A stretch of DNA of 64,000 nucleotides from Desulfobacteraceae bacterium (GTDB taxonomy: Bacteria > Desulfobacterota > Desulfobacteria > Desulfobacterales > JALSRD01): positions 15,644 to 79,643 of the forward strand of contig JAMOVG010000382.1 in assembly GCA_027061725.1 (NCBI GenBank). The letters run 5' to 3'. Both the position numbers and the translations under genes were made by a program. Below, piece by piece: positions 32,208 to 41,646 of the stretch. Every line of letters starts with the position of its first letter. The first letter of the stretch is position 1. Below the pieces are notes generated by a model. The model was not told where the DNA came from. It worked only from the letters and a program-made list of their open reading frames with translations, and did not search any database.

Positions 32208-33842
32208 CTACACCACATATTTGATCTTCAGCCGCCGGGCGGCGTTGGAATCGTCGATGCCCAGGGCGTCGGCCATGCCGATGGGCAGCGAAGTCGAACG
32301 GCCCAGGGGCGCAATGATCTTTTTCAGCTCGGTGTCGAAGGTCAGGAATACATCCACCACCCGCTGGGCCACGTCCTCGACATCCAGGCGCCGGTAGAGG
32401 CGCGGGTCCTGGGAGGTGATGCCCTTGGGGCACTGCCCGATGTTGCAGATATTGCAGCGGTCCGACTCGGAGCCCAGGCACCCGGCGGCGGCCTGCATGA
32501 TGTACTTGCCGGTCTGCACGGCGCTGGCGCCCAGCATGATGAGCGCCGCGGCGTTGGCCGCCAGGTTGCCGCTCTTGCCTACACCGCCGCCGGCAATGAG
32601 CGGAATTTCGTTCTGCCTGCCCACCGTCACCAGGTTGAGGTAGGCGTCGCGCAGACTGCTGGCGATGGGGTGGCCCATGTGGTCCATGGATACGTTGTAG
32701 GCCGCGCCGGTACCGCCGTCCTCACCGTCGATGGCCAACCCGGCGGCGTAAGGGTTGCGCACCAAATTGTTCAGCACCGCCAGGGTAGTGGAAGTGGCCG
32801 ATATCTTGGGAAATACCGGCACCCGGAAATCCCAGGCCATGTACATGGACTGGATCATCTTGGCCACCGACTCCTCGATGGAGTATTTGGTCTGGTGGGT
32901 CGGCGGGCTGGGCAGGCTGACCCCCGGCGGCACACCGCGGATGGCGGCGATCAGCTCGTTGACCTTGTACCACATGAGCAGGCCGCCGTCGCCGGGCTTG
33001 GCGCCCTGGCCGTACTTGATCTCGATGGCGCAGGGGTCCTCCTTCATCTCGGGGATGGCGTGGATGATCTCGTCCCAGCCGAAGTAGCCGCTGGCGATCT
33101 GCAGGATGACGTTTTTCAAAAAACGCGAGCGCAGCAGCCGCGGCGGGCAGCCGCCCTCGCCCGTGCAGATGCGCACCGGCATGCCCAGCTCGTCGTTGAG
33201 GTAGGCCACCCCCATCTGCAGCCCCTCCCACATGTTGGGCGACAGGGCGCCGAAGGACATGCCGCCGATGACCAGCGGGTAGATCTCGCGCACCGGCGGG
33301 ATCCAGCCGTTGCTGCTCAGAAAGGCCAGGTTGTCCTCGGGCGGCAGCACGCGGCCCAGCAACGTGCGCAGCTCGAACTCGTGGCGCCCGGCGTCCAGGG
33401 CCGGGTCGGTGAGCATGGAGATGCGGATGAACTTGATGCGGTCCAGGATGGTGCCGCCCACGTTGCGCCGTCCGCCCCGGCGGCGGGGCTGTCCGCCGCG
33501 GTCCATGTGGAAGACCAGCTTGTTGGCCTCGTCGCTGCGCTGCGGCATGATGGCATCATTGGGACACACCATGGTGCACATGGCGCACCCCACGCAGCGG
33601 TAGGCGGGGTCGGTGCGCTGGCGGATGCCGTAGTAAATGCGGTAGTCATGCCGCGGTTTCTCGGCGATGCCCAGCGCGGGCTCCACGATGCGCTTTCGAA
33701 AAACCCCCAGCTCGATGGCGCTGACCGGACAGACCGCCGTGCACTTGCCGCACAAGGTGCACTTGTCCTTGTCCCAGAAAATCTGCCAGGGCAGGTCCTT
33801 GACGCTCAGTGTGGAAGGGGTAATTTTTCCGTCTGCCGGCAT
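32208..33842 (-). CDS. Glutamate synthase FMN-binding (GltB domain 2-like) subunit with N-terminal 2x[4Fe-4S] ferredoxin
   Basis: Track ORF 32208..34610 is over-extended. The real start is ATG 33842, with GGAGG 8 nt upstream. The product begins MPADGKITP...CTLCGKCTAVCP...CVGCAMCTMVCP. It continues with GGMSFGALS, KYGQGAKPGDGG and IAGGGVGKSGN (FMN/substrate site). Confidence 0.85.
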   Translation of the reverse strand: MPADGKITPSTLSVKDLPWQIFWDKDKCTLCGKCTAVCPVSAIELGVFRKRIVEPALGIAEKPRHDYRIYYGIRQRTDPAYRCVGCAMCTMVCPNDAIMPQRSDEANKLVFHMDRGGQPRRRGGRRNVGGTILDRIKFIRISMLTDPALDAGRHEFELRTLLGRVLPPEDNLAFLSSNGWIPPVREIYPLVIGGMSFGALSPNMWEGLQMGVAYLNDELGMPVRICTGEGGCPPRLLRSRFLKNVILQIASGYFGWDEIIHAIPEMKEDPCAIEIKYGQGAKPGDGGLLMWYKVNELIAAIRGVPPGVSLPSPPTHQTKYSIEESVAKMIQSMYMAWDFRVPVFPKISATSTTLAVLNNLVRNPYAAGLAIDGEDGGTGAAYNVSMDHMGHPIASSLRDAYLNLVTVGRQNEIPLIAGGGVGKSGNLAANAAALIMLGASAVQTGKYIMQAAAGCLGSESDRCNICNIGQCPKGITSQDPRLYRRLDVEDVAQRVVDVFLTFDTELKKIIAPLGRSTSLPIGMADALGIDDSNAARRLKIKYVV

Positions 33843-34936
33843 ATGCTGACCTCCTTGCGGTCCGGACCGACGATGGCCGTGTCCAGATACATGGGCTGAA
33901 AATCGCTGCTCTTGTCGCGGTCGGGAATGGCGGCGTCCAGACCGCAGATCTCCGAGGAGAAGGCGTACATGCCCGGGCGGCCGCCCACCACCCCGGGCCG
34001 CAGCTTCTTGCGGTCCTGAACCATGAAAAGCGTGTGGTCCGAGAGGCACCCGATGACGCAGTTGGGGCCGTCGATGATCATGCGGCGGCAGCTGTGCTTG
34101 AGGTGCTTGAGAAACGCGGCGTCGGGGTGCCGCGCGATGTCCTCGTCCTTGAGCGGTGTGATGACGTGCTTGTAGGCCTCCAAGCCCAGCCCCAGCTTGG
34201 CCATGGTGTAGTGCAGGATGTGGGTGAACACCTCGGAGTCGGACTGGTAGCCCGAGTAGCCGGGAAAATTGCGCGAGGCCAGGAACTCGCGGATGGGGAT
34301 GAAGGCCGTGTTTTCGCCGTTGGTCATGGTGGAAAAGCCCTGGATGAAAAAGGGGTGACAGGCGTAGAGGTTGATCTCGTAGTTGGTGTTCTGGCGGCCC
34401 TGGGCCATGAGCACGCGGGCCTTGAGTTCCTTGCGGCCCAGGTCCAGGTATTCGGCCACCTTCATGGGGTCGCCGATCTCCTTGATCATGATGACATCCG
34501 GCCAGAAGGAGAACACGATCATGTCCCCCTGCTCCTCTCCCATGCGACGCAGCTGCAGCCGGGTCTCCAGCAGGCGGTCGTAGAGCTCCTCCTGGCTGCA
34601 GCCCTCCCATTCCTCGGGATACTCGTAGGCGCGGATGAGATAGCTGTCGCGCCGCGGCGTACCCGGCGGCGGGGTCTTGGGCACCTTGATGGTCAGCTTG
34701 TACTGGGTCATGAAGCCGATGTCCATCATGAAGCGGTCCAGGCGCTTGATCCCCTCGCGGGTAAAGATGCCCGACAGGATAGGGGCGGTCTTGAGGTCCT
34801 CGAAGGGCCCCGAGAGGTCGCGCATGAACAGCCCTACCCCGGACCCGTCGTGCCCCTCGCGCATGACGTCCAGGGCCTCGATGGCCACCATGGGCGACAG
34901 GGGCTCTTCACTGGTTATGGCAAACAGTCGACACAT
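33806..34936 (-). CDS. Glutamate synthase class II glutamine amidotransferase subunit (GltB domain 1-like)
   Basis: The real start is ATG 34936, giving MCRLFAITS (Ntn-type Cys2), with RBS AGGAGA. 376 aa. The 3' end overlaps the next gene by 37 nt. Confidence 0.85.
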   Translation of the reverse strand: MCRLFAITSEEPLSPMVAIEALDVMREGHDGSGVGLFMRDLSGPFEDLKTAPILSGIFTREGIKRLDRFMMDIGFMTQYKLTIKVPKTPPPGTPRRDSYLIRAYEYPEEWEGCSQEELYDRLLETRLQLRRMGEEQGDMIVFSFWPDVIMIKEIGDPMKVAEYLDLGRKELKARVLMAQGRQNTNYEINLYACHPFFIQGFSTMTNGENTAFIPIREFLASRNFPGYSGYQSDSEVFTHILHYTMAKLGLGLEAYKHVITPLKDEDIARHPDAAFLKHLKHSCRRMIIDGPNCVIGCLSDHTLFMVQDRKKLRPGVVGGRPGMYAFSSEICGLDAAIPDRDKSSDFQPMYLDTAIVGPDRKEVSICRQTEKLPLPH

Positions 34937-35055
34937 ATGGCATTTCTCCTTTGCTGCCGCACGCTGCAAAAGAAACAGCTTCACGGAAAAGATGAGACAC
35001 CGCAAAACCCCGACGGACGTCGGAGCCTTGAGAGGGAGGGGAAATAGAAATAGAG

Positions 35056-35070
35056 GCAAACCCCGTGCCA
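35056..35070 (-). promoter_or_regulatory. Sigma-54 (-24/-12) promoter for the glutamate synthase operon
   Basis: The minus strand reads TGGCACGGGGTTTGC. This matches TGGCAC-N5-TTGC with correct spacing. It lies about 120 nt upstream of ATG 34936, and an AT-rich tract sits further upstream (35130-35170). Confidence 0.65.
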
Positions 35071-35399
35071 GGGGCCGGAAATGCGGACAATCCTATTCTA
35101 TCGACAAGTTACCGTTTTGGTCTCCAAACTTCCCCGGTGAAAAAAATAACAATCTTGTAATATAGCACCCGTAAATCTCGCAAAATTGTCACAAACGGTA
35201 GGAAAAAGCGGCTCAAAAATCAAGCAAAAACTGTTCCAGCACAGGGCCATCGGCGGGTAGCCACCGACACGCTTACGGCGATTGCGCTTCACTGTCCGGG
35301 TCTATCCGTGTGGGAGGGGCGTGCAGGCGGCTTATGATTTCCCGGATTCCGGCACTACCGGCTTTACAATTTCAACCGCTTGTGAGAGTAAGGGGCATC

Positions 35400-37154
35400 A
35401 TGCTGCGGGAACTGCTGATCCGAGACTTCGCCATCATCGAAAAGCTGCGTATCCGCTTCGACAACGGCCTGACGATCCTGAGCGGCGAAACAGGGGCCGG
35501 CAAATCCATCATCATTCGGGCCGTCAACCTGCTGCTGGGCAGCCGGGCCAGCACCACGGTGATCCGCACCGGCGCCGACCAGGCCGAAGTCCAGGGCCTC
35601 TTCGAGATCCCCCCCGCCAACCCGGCCTGGAACGGCATGCGGGAACTGGGCTTTGACCCCGCCGAGGGGCTTCTCATCCGGCGCATCGTGGCTGCCAACA
35701 ACCGCCATCGCGTCTTCATCAACGACCGCCTGGTCACGTCCCAGGCCCTCACCGGCCTGACCCAGCACCTGGCCAGCATCTCGGGCCAGCACGCCCACCA
35801 GGGCCTCCTCAAAGAGCGGCTGCACCTGCAGATGCTGGACCAGTTCGCCGGCCTCACGGGCCTTGGAAACGAGGTGCGTGACCGCTTTCGGGAACTGCTG
35901 CCGCTGCTCGCACGGGAAAAGGCGCTGACCGACAAGCAGCGCCACCAGGATGCACACCGCGAACTGCTGACCTTCCAGCGCCAGGAGATCCTGGCCGCCG
36001 CCGTCACGCCCGGCGAAGACGAAACTCTGGAGGCCGAACGCCAACGGCTGCGCCACGCAGAGGAACTCTACACGCTGGTGTACGGCGGCATCGAGCGACT
36101 CTACGGCGAAAAGGGCGCCATCATGGACGGGGTGGCCCGGGTCACCGAAGACCTGCGCAGGGCCGCCGCCATCGATGCCGGCCTGGATGGTGCCTTGCAG
36201 CAGCTCGAGGACATCGGCTACCGCATCGAGGACATCGTCCAGGTCCTGCGCGCCCACCTGGCCGGTGTGCAGGTGGACGAAAAGCGCCTGGAGGAGGTGG
36301 AAGACCGCCTGGACGCCCTGTTCAAACTCAAGCGCAAGTACGGCGGCAGCCTGGAGGCCGTAACGCAGCACCTGGTCACGATCGAAGCCGAACTGGGCGC
36401 CATCGAAAACATAGAAGAAGCGCTGGCCGATGTGCGCCGGCGCATCGAGGACCAGTGCCGCCGGCTGGCCGACAGCGCCCGCCGCCTTTCCGCCGGGCGC
36501 ACGGCGGCGGCGGAGAAACTGGCCCGGGCCATGGAAAAAGAGCTGGCCCAGCTGGGCATGCCGCGCACACGCTTTGCCATCGACCTGCGGCCGGTGCCCG
36601 TCGCCGAAGCGGCCGACCCCCGCCTGGTGGCCGACGGCGCCGCGTTGACCGAAAGCGGCCGTGAGCAGGCCGGCTTCCTGATCGCCCCTAATGTGGGCGA
36701 GGATCCGAAACCGCTGGCGGCCATCGCCTCGGGCGGCGAACTGTCGCGCGTGGTGCTGGCGCTCAAGGCCATCCTGGCCGGCACCGAAACCGTGGAAACC
36801 ATCGTTTTCGACGAGGTGGACGCCGGCATCGGCGGTGCCGTAGCCGAAGTCGTGGGCCGCAAGCTGACCGAACTGGCCCGCCGCCACCAGGTCATCTGCA
36901 TCACTCATCTGCCCCAGATCGCCCGCTTCGGCGACCATCATTTCCGCATCTCCAAGGAGGTCCGCAGCGGCAGGACGCGCACCCGTTTTGTTCCCATCGG
37001 CGAGGAACACCGGGCCGAAGAAATCGCCCGCATGCTGGGCGGCGAGAAGATCACCGCCGCCACCCTGGCGCACGCCCGCGAAATGCTCCTAGACACCCGC
37101 ACGGACGGCACGAAAAAGAAACAGCGAAAAGGGGCCGCAGGTTCCCGATCTTGA
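35400..37154 (+). CDS. recN: DNA repair protein RecN
   Basis: The start was moved to ATG 35400, giving MLRELLIRDFAIIEKLRIRFDNGLTILSGETGAGKSIII. Long coiled coil. C-terminal SGGELSRVVLALK and FDEVDAGIGG (SMC-type signature and Walker B). Confidence 0.93.
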   Translation: MLRELLIRDFAIIEKLRIRFDNGLTILSGETGAGKSIIIRAVNLLLGSRASTTVIRTGADQAEVQGLFEIPPANPAWNGMRELGFDPAEGLLIRRIVAANNRHRVFINDRLVTSQALTGLTQHLASISGQHAHQGLLKERLHLQMLDQFAGLTGLGNEVRDRFRELLPLLAREKALTDKQRHQDAHRELLTFQRQEILAAAVTPGEDETLEAERQRLRHAEELYTLVYGGIERLYGEKGAIMDGVARVTEDLRRAAAIDAGLDGALQQLEDIGYRIEDIVQVLRAHLAGVQVDEKRLEEVEDRLDALFKLKRKYGGSLEAVTQHLVTIEAELGAIENIEEALADVRRRIEDQCRRLADSARRLSAGRTAAAEKLARAMEKELAQLGMPRTRFAIDLRPVPVAEAADPRLVADGAALTESGREQAGFLIAPNVGEDPKPLAAIASGGELSRVVLALKAILAGTETVETIVFDEVDAGIGGAVAEVVGRKLTELARRHQVICITHLPQIARFGDHHFRISKEVRSGRTRTRFVPIGEEHRAEEIARMLGGEKITAATLAHAREMLLDTRTDGTKKKQRKGAAGSRS

Positions 37155-37319
37155 CATCGCGGGCAGAAATAGTATTCTTCCGTGGCAAAAATATCGTCCT
37201 CAATTCACGTTCCCGAAAATTTTCGGGCGGGATCGATGGGTGCCAGTGGGGAAACGATCCAAAAGTTGGTGTAAATCCCGCCTGCCCCCAGAAAGATCGC
37301 CGAAATCCGAGGAGGCGTC

Positions 37320-37562
37320 ATGCCCATCTATGAATTCAAGTGCCTGCAGTGCAGCCATGTTTTCGAACTGCTTTTGATGAACAGCGACGAGCAGGTGGAG
37401 ATGTGCTGCCCCCAGTGCAAATCCGAAAATTTCGAGCGCATCATCAGCACTACCCACTACAGTATGGCCACCGGTGCATCCGGAGCGCGGCCCAGTGCCC
37501 AGACCCGCACCTGCTCCAGCGGATCGTGCACCACCTACGATCTGCCCGGGCACGGGGATTGA
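37320..37562 (+). CDS. FmdB-family zinc-ribbon protein
   Basis: 80 aa. MPIYEFKCLQCSHVFELL...CPQCKSENFERIIS is the CxxC...CxxC FmdB/Zn-ribbon signature. RBS GGAGG. Confidence 0.75.
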   Translation: MPIYEFKCLQCSHVFELLLMNSDEQVEMCCPQCKSENFERIISTTHYSMATGASGARPSAQTRTCSSGSCTTYDLPGHGD

Positions 37563-37706
37563 CCCCCGGGTTCTGCGCATCGACGTTTTGCGCCTGCCCG
37601 GTGGCCGCAGAAGAGGAGACCCCGCTTTACCTGCCCCCGCAAACCACCAGACCCGCGGAAAAAGCCCCGTGACGCATCGGGTGGCGGGGGGTGTCCGCGT
37701 CAGACG

Positions 37707-38648
37707 ATGACACACGACGAACCGGCATCCTATGTGACCCTGCACCAAAATGGCGAACTGGCGGATCGCGCGGCCGCTGCCCGCAACCGGCTGAAGGCCT
37801 GCGTCCTCTGCCCCCGTACGTGTGCCGTGGACCGCCTGGCGGGTGATCGGGGGACATGCCGCACCGCTGGACGGGCAGTGGTGGCCAGCTACGACGCCCA
37901 CTTCGGCGAAGAGGCGCCCCTGGTGGGCCGCCACGGGTCCGGCACCATTTTTTTCAGCTTCTGCAACCTGGGGTGCATTTTCTGCCAGAACTATGACATC
38001 AGCCACGACGGGGCCGGACGGCCCGTGGACGATGGTGAACTGGCCGGCATGATGCTGGCCCTGCAGCACGCCGGCTGCCACAACATCAACTTCGTCACCC
38101 CTTCCCACGTGGTGCCGCAGATTCTGGGCGCGCTGGAAATCGCCGCCGCCCGGGGGCTGCGGGTGCCCCTGGTCTACAACACCTCGGGCTACGACCGGGT
38201 GCGCACGCTGCGCCTGCTCGAGGGCGTCATCGACATCTACATGCCCGACTTCAAATTCTGGGACCCCCAAGTCGCCGAGCGGCTGGCCGGCGCGGCAGAC
38301 TACCCGGAGCGCACCCGCCGGGCCGTACGGGAGATGCATCGGCAAGTGGGGGATCTGGTGGTCGACGAAGCGGGCATCGCCCGCCGGGGGTTGCTGGTCC
38401 GCCACCTGGTCATGCCCGAAGGGCTGGCCGGCACCCGGGAGATCATGAATTTCATCGCCGGTGAAATCTCCGCCGACACCTACGTCAACGTCATGGGCCA
38501 GTACCGCCCCTGCGGACGAGCGGGCGAGGTGGAGGCGCTGTCACGGCCGCTGCGGCCCACCGAATTCCAGCAGGCGCTACGACTGGCGCGGCAGGCGGGT
38601 CTGCGCCGCCTGGACCGCCCCCGGCGGGTGTTTGCCGTCGAATGCTGA
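37707..38648 (+). CDS. Radical SAM protein, PflX/COG1313-like (pyruvate formate-lyase activase-related)
   Basis: 313 aa. An N-terminal Cys cluster (CVLCPRTCAVDR...GTC) is followed by the radical SAM motif CNLGCIFCQN. The layout is typical of the PflX-like family. Confidence 0.78.
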   Translation: MTHDEPASYVTLHQNGELADRAAAARNRLKACVLCPRTCAVDRLAGDRGTCRTAGRAVVASYDAHFGEEAPLVGRHGSGTIFFSFCNLGCIFCQNYDISHDGAGRPVDDGELAGMMLALQHAGCHNINFVTPSHVVPQILGALEIAAARGLRVPLVYNTSGYDRVRTLRLLEGVIDIYMPDFKFWDPQVAERLAGAADYPERTRRAVREMHRQVGDLVVDEAGIARRGLLVRHLVMPEGLAGTREIMNFIAGEISADTYVNVMGQYRPCGRAGEVEALSRPLRPTEFQQALRLARQAGLRRLDRPRRVFAVEC

Positions 38649-38879
38649 AAACGGGGCGGCGGCTTTTGAATCCGGCAGGCCTGGGGCGCCCCGGCGGATT
38701 TTTCCCCGCCGGTTATCCGACGGTGCACACCTGGAGACTGTCCACCCTTTGCGCACGGGAAATCCGTATAGCGGCGGGTTGCCCGGCAAGCATGCCAAAA
38801 CAGCGACTTGCGACTGCCCTGGACGAAACGGGCTTTTCTCTTGATCCGGGAACCTTTTTATTGTAAAGGTGGCGCCGAA

Positions 38880-39386
38880 ATGAACGTTGCAGGCAACCAT
38901 CGATACAACGGGGGATTTCAGACCGACGGACGGAACAGCCGTCGCATGGGGTGCGTGTATGCCACCCTGGCGGTTGCGGCGCTGCTGATAATGACGGCGA
39001 CGGCGCATGCGGCGCAGCGGCTGGCGGTGAACGTCCCCAAGGCCAACATCCGCTCTGGACCGGGCACCCAGTACGAAATCCTGTGGCAGGCGGAACGCTA
39101 TTACCCCGTGGTGGTCATCCAGAAAAAGGGGCAGTGGGTTCTCTTCCGCGACTTTGAAAACGACGAGGGCTGGATCAAGAAAAACCTGCTGGCCAAGATC
39201 CCCACGGTGATCACGGTAAAGAGTGAGTGCAACATCCGGTCGGGGCCGGGCACCAATTTCCCGATCGTATTTAAAACCCAGGACAAGGGCGTGCCGTTCA
39301 AGGTTCTCAAGACCAAGGGGAAATGGCTGCAGATTCAACACGCTGACGGAGACAAGGGGTGGATTTTCAAGCCCTTGGTGTGGTGA
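38880..39386 (+). CDS. Secreted tandem SH3b-domain protein
   Basis: Two copies of the bacterial SH3 signature (ANIRSGPGTQYEILW...GWIKK and CNIRSGPGTNFPIVF...GWIFK) follow a signal-like ATLAVAALLIMTATAHA. The start is uncertain (38880 or 38946). Confidence 0.7.
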   Translation: MNVAGNHRYNGGFQTDGRNSRRMGCVYATLAVAALLIMTATAHAAQRLAVNVPKANIRSGPGTQYEILWQAERYYPVVVIQKKGQWVLFRDFENDEGWIKKNLLAKIPTVITVKSECNIRSGPGTNFPIVFKTQDKGVPFKVLKTKGKWLQIQHADGDKGWIFKPLVW

Positions 39387-39433
39387 GGCAGCCGCCCGCC
39401 GGGTAAGAGGCTTCAACGGCCGCCGGAGATGAC

Positions 39434-40126
39434 ATGGCCCGAAAAAAAGTTACCCGCAAACAACTGCTGAAAGAACCCGACGAGTTTCTGACCCTGTCGG
39501 CCAAGACCATCCAGTGGGCGCGTGCCAACAGCCGCCAGCTGAGCTGGACCGTGGCCGCCATACTGCTGGTGGCCATCGTTTTTTCGGCCGTACGATTTTT
39601 CTCGGCGCGGGCCGAGGCGAGGTCGCTGGCCCTATACGACCAGCAGCGAAGCGCCTACCAGCAACTCCTAAAAAAGGACGCCACCCCGGAAAAAGCCTGG
39701 GAACAGCTCAAACCTTCCCTGGAAGAGATCATTCAGAAGTACAACGGAAAAAACGGGGCCAAGATGGCGACGGTATTTTACGCCGACATCAGCTACCGTG
39801 CCGGGAAATATGACCAGGCCGTCAAGCTCTACCGCCAGGCGCTGGACGACTACCGCGAGGAACCTGTGATCCACGATCTGGTGGTCATCAGTCTGGCTTA
39901 CGCCTACGCCGGCAAGAAAGACTACCCCTCGGCAGAAAAGTATTTCCAACAGATCGTCGACGGCGCGCGTCCCACCCTGAAACCCGAGGCCCTGTTTAAC
40001 CTGGCGATCGTGTACGCCCAGTCCGGTGACGGCGCCAAAGAAAAGGAAGCCCTGCAGAAAATTGTGGCCGAGTTCGACAACTCGGTCTACGCACCGGTGG
40101 CCCGCGAAAAACTGGCTGTATTATAG
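39434..40126 (+). CDS. Membrane-anchored TPR-like protein (YfgM/UPF0070-like)
   Basis: 230 aa. The N-terminal basic segment is followed by one TM (LSWTVAAILLVAIVFSAV). Helical-repeat Ala/Tyr-rich units follow (YRAGKYDQAVKLYRQAL, AYAYAGKKDYPSAEKYFQ). Confidence 0.6.
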   Translation: MARKKVTRKQLLKEPDEFLTLSAKTIQWARANSRQLSWTVAAILLVAIVFSAVRFFSARAEARSLALYDQQRSAYQQLLKKDATPEKAWEQLKPSLEEIIQKYNGKNGAKMATVFYADISYRAGKYDQAVKLYRQALDDYREEPVIHDLVVISLAYAYAGKKDYPSAEKYFQQIVDGARPTLKPEALFNLAIVYAQSGDGAKEKEALQKIVAEFDNSVYAPVAREKLAVL

Positions 40127-40209
40127 CGTTCAGCACTGCACTGCCTACAGCGCCGGAAGTGACACAAACGGGGGGCAATCGCGCATCTGGTTCGATAGGA
40201 GCCAAAAGG

Positions 40210-41592
40210 CTACTTCCTGGGGCCGACGTCCAGCTTGAATTTTTTGATCTTCTGATTCAGCCCGCTCTTTCCGATGCCCAGTAGTTTGGCGGCGCGGGAT
40301 TGTACGTTGCCGCTCATCTTCAGGGCCCGCTCGATCATCATCTTCTCCACCTGGGACAAGGTTTCAGACAGCTTGGCGTCCGGGGCGATGCCCTCCAGCG
40401 GCAGCGTGTGGTCCGAGTGCTGCCGGAACTGACGCGGCAGGTCGGCTACGCGAATGGTGGGGCCCGGACACAGCACCAGGGCCCGCTCGATGACATTCTC
40501 CAGTTCGCGCACATTGCCCGGCCAGCTGTATTCATAAAACAGCCGGTAGACATCCTGTTCCACGTCCGTGACCGGAACCTGCCCCTTGCGCTCAGCGGAA
40601 TACTTCTGAATGAAATGCTCCACTAGCGGCGGGATGTCTTCGGTCCGCTTTCTCAGCGGCGGCAGCACCAGGTGCAACACGTTGAGGCGATAGTACAGGT
40701 CCTCGCGAAAACGTCCGGCCTCGGTTTCTCTTTTCAGGCTGCGGTTGGTGGCGGCGATAATGCGGATATCCACCGGGATGGGCCGGATGCCGCCCACCCG
40801 CTCGATGGTCCGCTCCTGGATGACCCGCAGCAGCTTGACCTGCAGGTTGGCGGACAGTTCCCCGATCTCGTCCAGGAAAAGGGTCCCCCCCTCGGCCAGT
40901 TCGAAGCGGCCTTTCTTCATGGAAACCGCGCCGGTGAAAGCGCCCCTTTCGTGCCCGAAGAGCTCACTTTCGAGCAGGTTTTCCGCCAGGGCCGAACAGT
41001 TGACGGCCACGAAGGGCTTGTTGCTTCTCGGGCTGTTGAAGTGGATGGACTTGGCCACCAGTTCCTTGCCGGTGCCGCTTTCGCCCTCCAGCAGCACCGT
41101 GGCCGAAGCCGGTGCAATCTTCTCGATGGTGGCAAAAACGTCCCGCATGGCCCGGCTGCGCCCGATAATGTTGCCAAAACGGTACTGCACCTCCACGGCG
41201 TGCCGCAGACGCCGGTTCTCCTTTACCATCTGGTACAGGGCGCAGGCCTTTTTGACGTAGAGGATCAGGCGCTCGTTCTCGAAGGGCTTCAGGATGTAGT
41301 TGTAAGCCCCCTTCTGCATGGCCTCGACGGCTTTTTCCACCGTTCCGTGGGCGGTCATCATGATGACCGGCAGTTCCGGGTCGCGGGCCTTGATCTGTTC
41401 GAGCAGTTCGATGCCGTCCATGACCGGCATCTTCATATCGGTGAGCACCAGATCCACGTCGGAATGCGCCAGAATCGAAAGCGCTTCCTGGCCGCTGTTG
41501 GCCGTAAGCGTGGCGTAACCTTCTTCCTTCAACACCTCGCTGAGAATCAGGGGGTAGTTCTTCTCATCATCAACGATCAGTACGGTATCCAT
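40210..41592 (-). CDS. Sigma-54-dependent response regulator (NtrC/PilR/AtoC class)
   Basis: 460 aa. REC domain (LIVDDE...LVLTDMKMPVMDG). AAA+ domain with GESGTGKE and the sigma-54 contact loop ERGAFTGA. C-terminal Fis-type HTH (AAKLLGIGKSGLNQKIKKF). Confidence 0.9.
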   Translation of the reverse strand: MDTVLIVDDEKNYPLILSEVLKEEGYATLTANSGQEALSILAHSDVDLVLTDMKMPVMDGIELLEQIKARDPELPVIMMTAHGTVEKAVEAMQKGAYNYILKPFENERLILYVKKACALYQMVKENRRLRHAVEVQYRFGNIIGRSRAMRDVFATIEKIAPASATVLLEGESGTGKELVAKSIHFNSPRSNKPFVAVNCSALAENLLESELFGHERGAFTGAVSMKKGRFELAEGGTLFLDEIGELSANLQVKLLRVIQERTIERVGGIRPIPVDIRIIAATNRSLKRETEAGRFREDLYYRLNVLHLVLPPLRKRTEDIPPLVEHFIQKYSAERKGQVPVTDVEQDVYRLFYEYSWPGNVRELENVIERALVLCPGPTIRVADLPRQFRQHSDHTLPLEGIAPDAKLSETLSQVEKMMIERALKMSGNVQSRAAKLLGIGKSGLNQKIKKFKLDVGPRK

Positions 41593-41646
41593 GACAGGCC
41601 ACCCGTATGTTGGTTTGGTTCTCCATCGCGCGCCAGCAGCACGGTA

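Noticed and set aside
32208-34610. 800-aa version of the glutamate synthase FMN subunit
   Set aside because: The N-terminal 256 residues are an out-of-frame overlap of the amidotransferase gene with Pro/Gly/Arg-rich nonsense. ATG 33842 with GGAGG yields the ferredoxin-FMN protein.
35340-35400. LexA/SOS box upstream of recN
   Set aside because: I compared GGCTTTACAATTTCAACC with the Geobacter-type GGTT-N2-C-N4-G-N3-ACC motif and with gamma-type CTGT-N8-ACAG. There were several mismatches at fixed positions, so no convincing box.
37212-37227. 16-bp perfect palindrome CCCGAAAATTTTCGGG after recN
   Set aside because: It could be a recN terminator, but it has no U-tract and a zero-length loop as drawn. 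I noted it but do not call it a feature.
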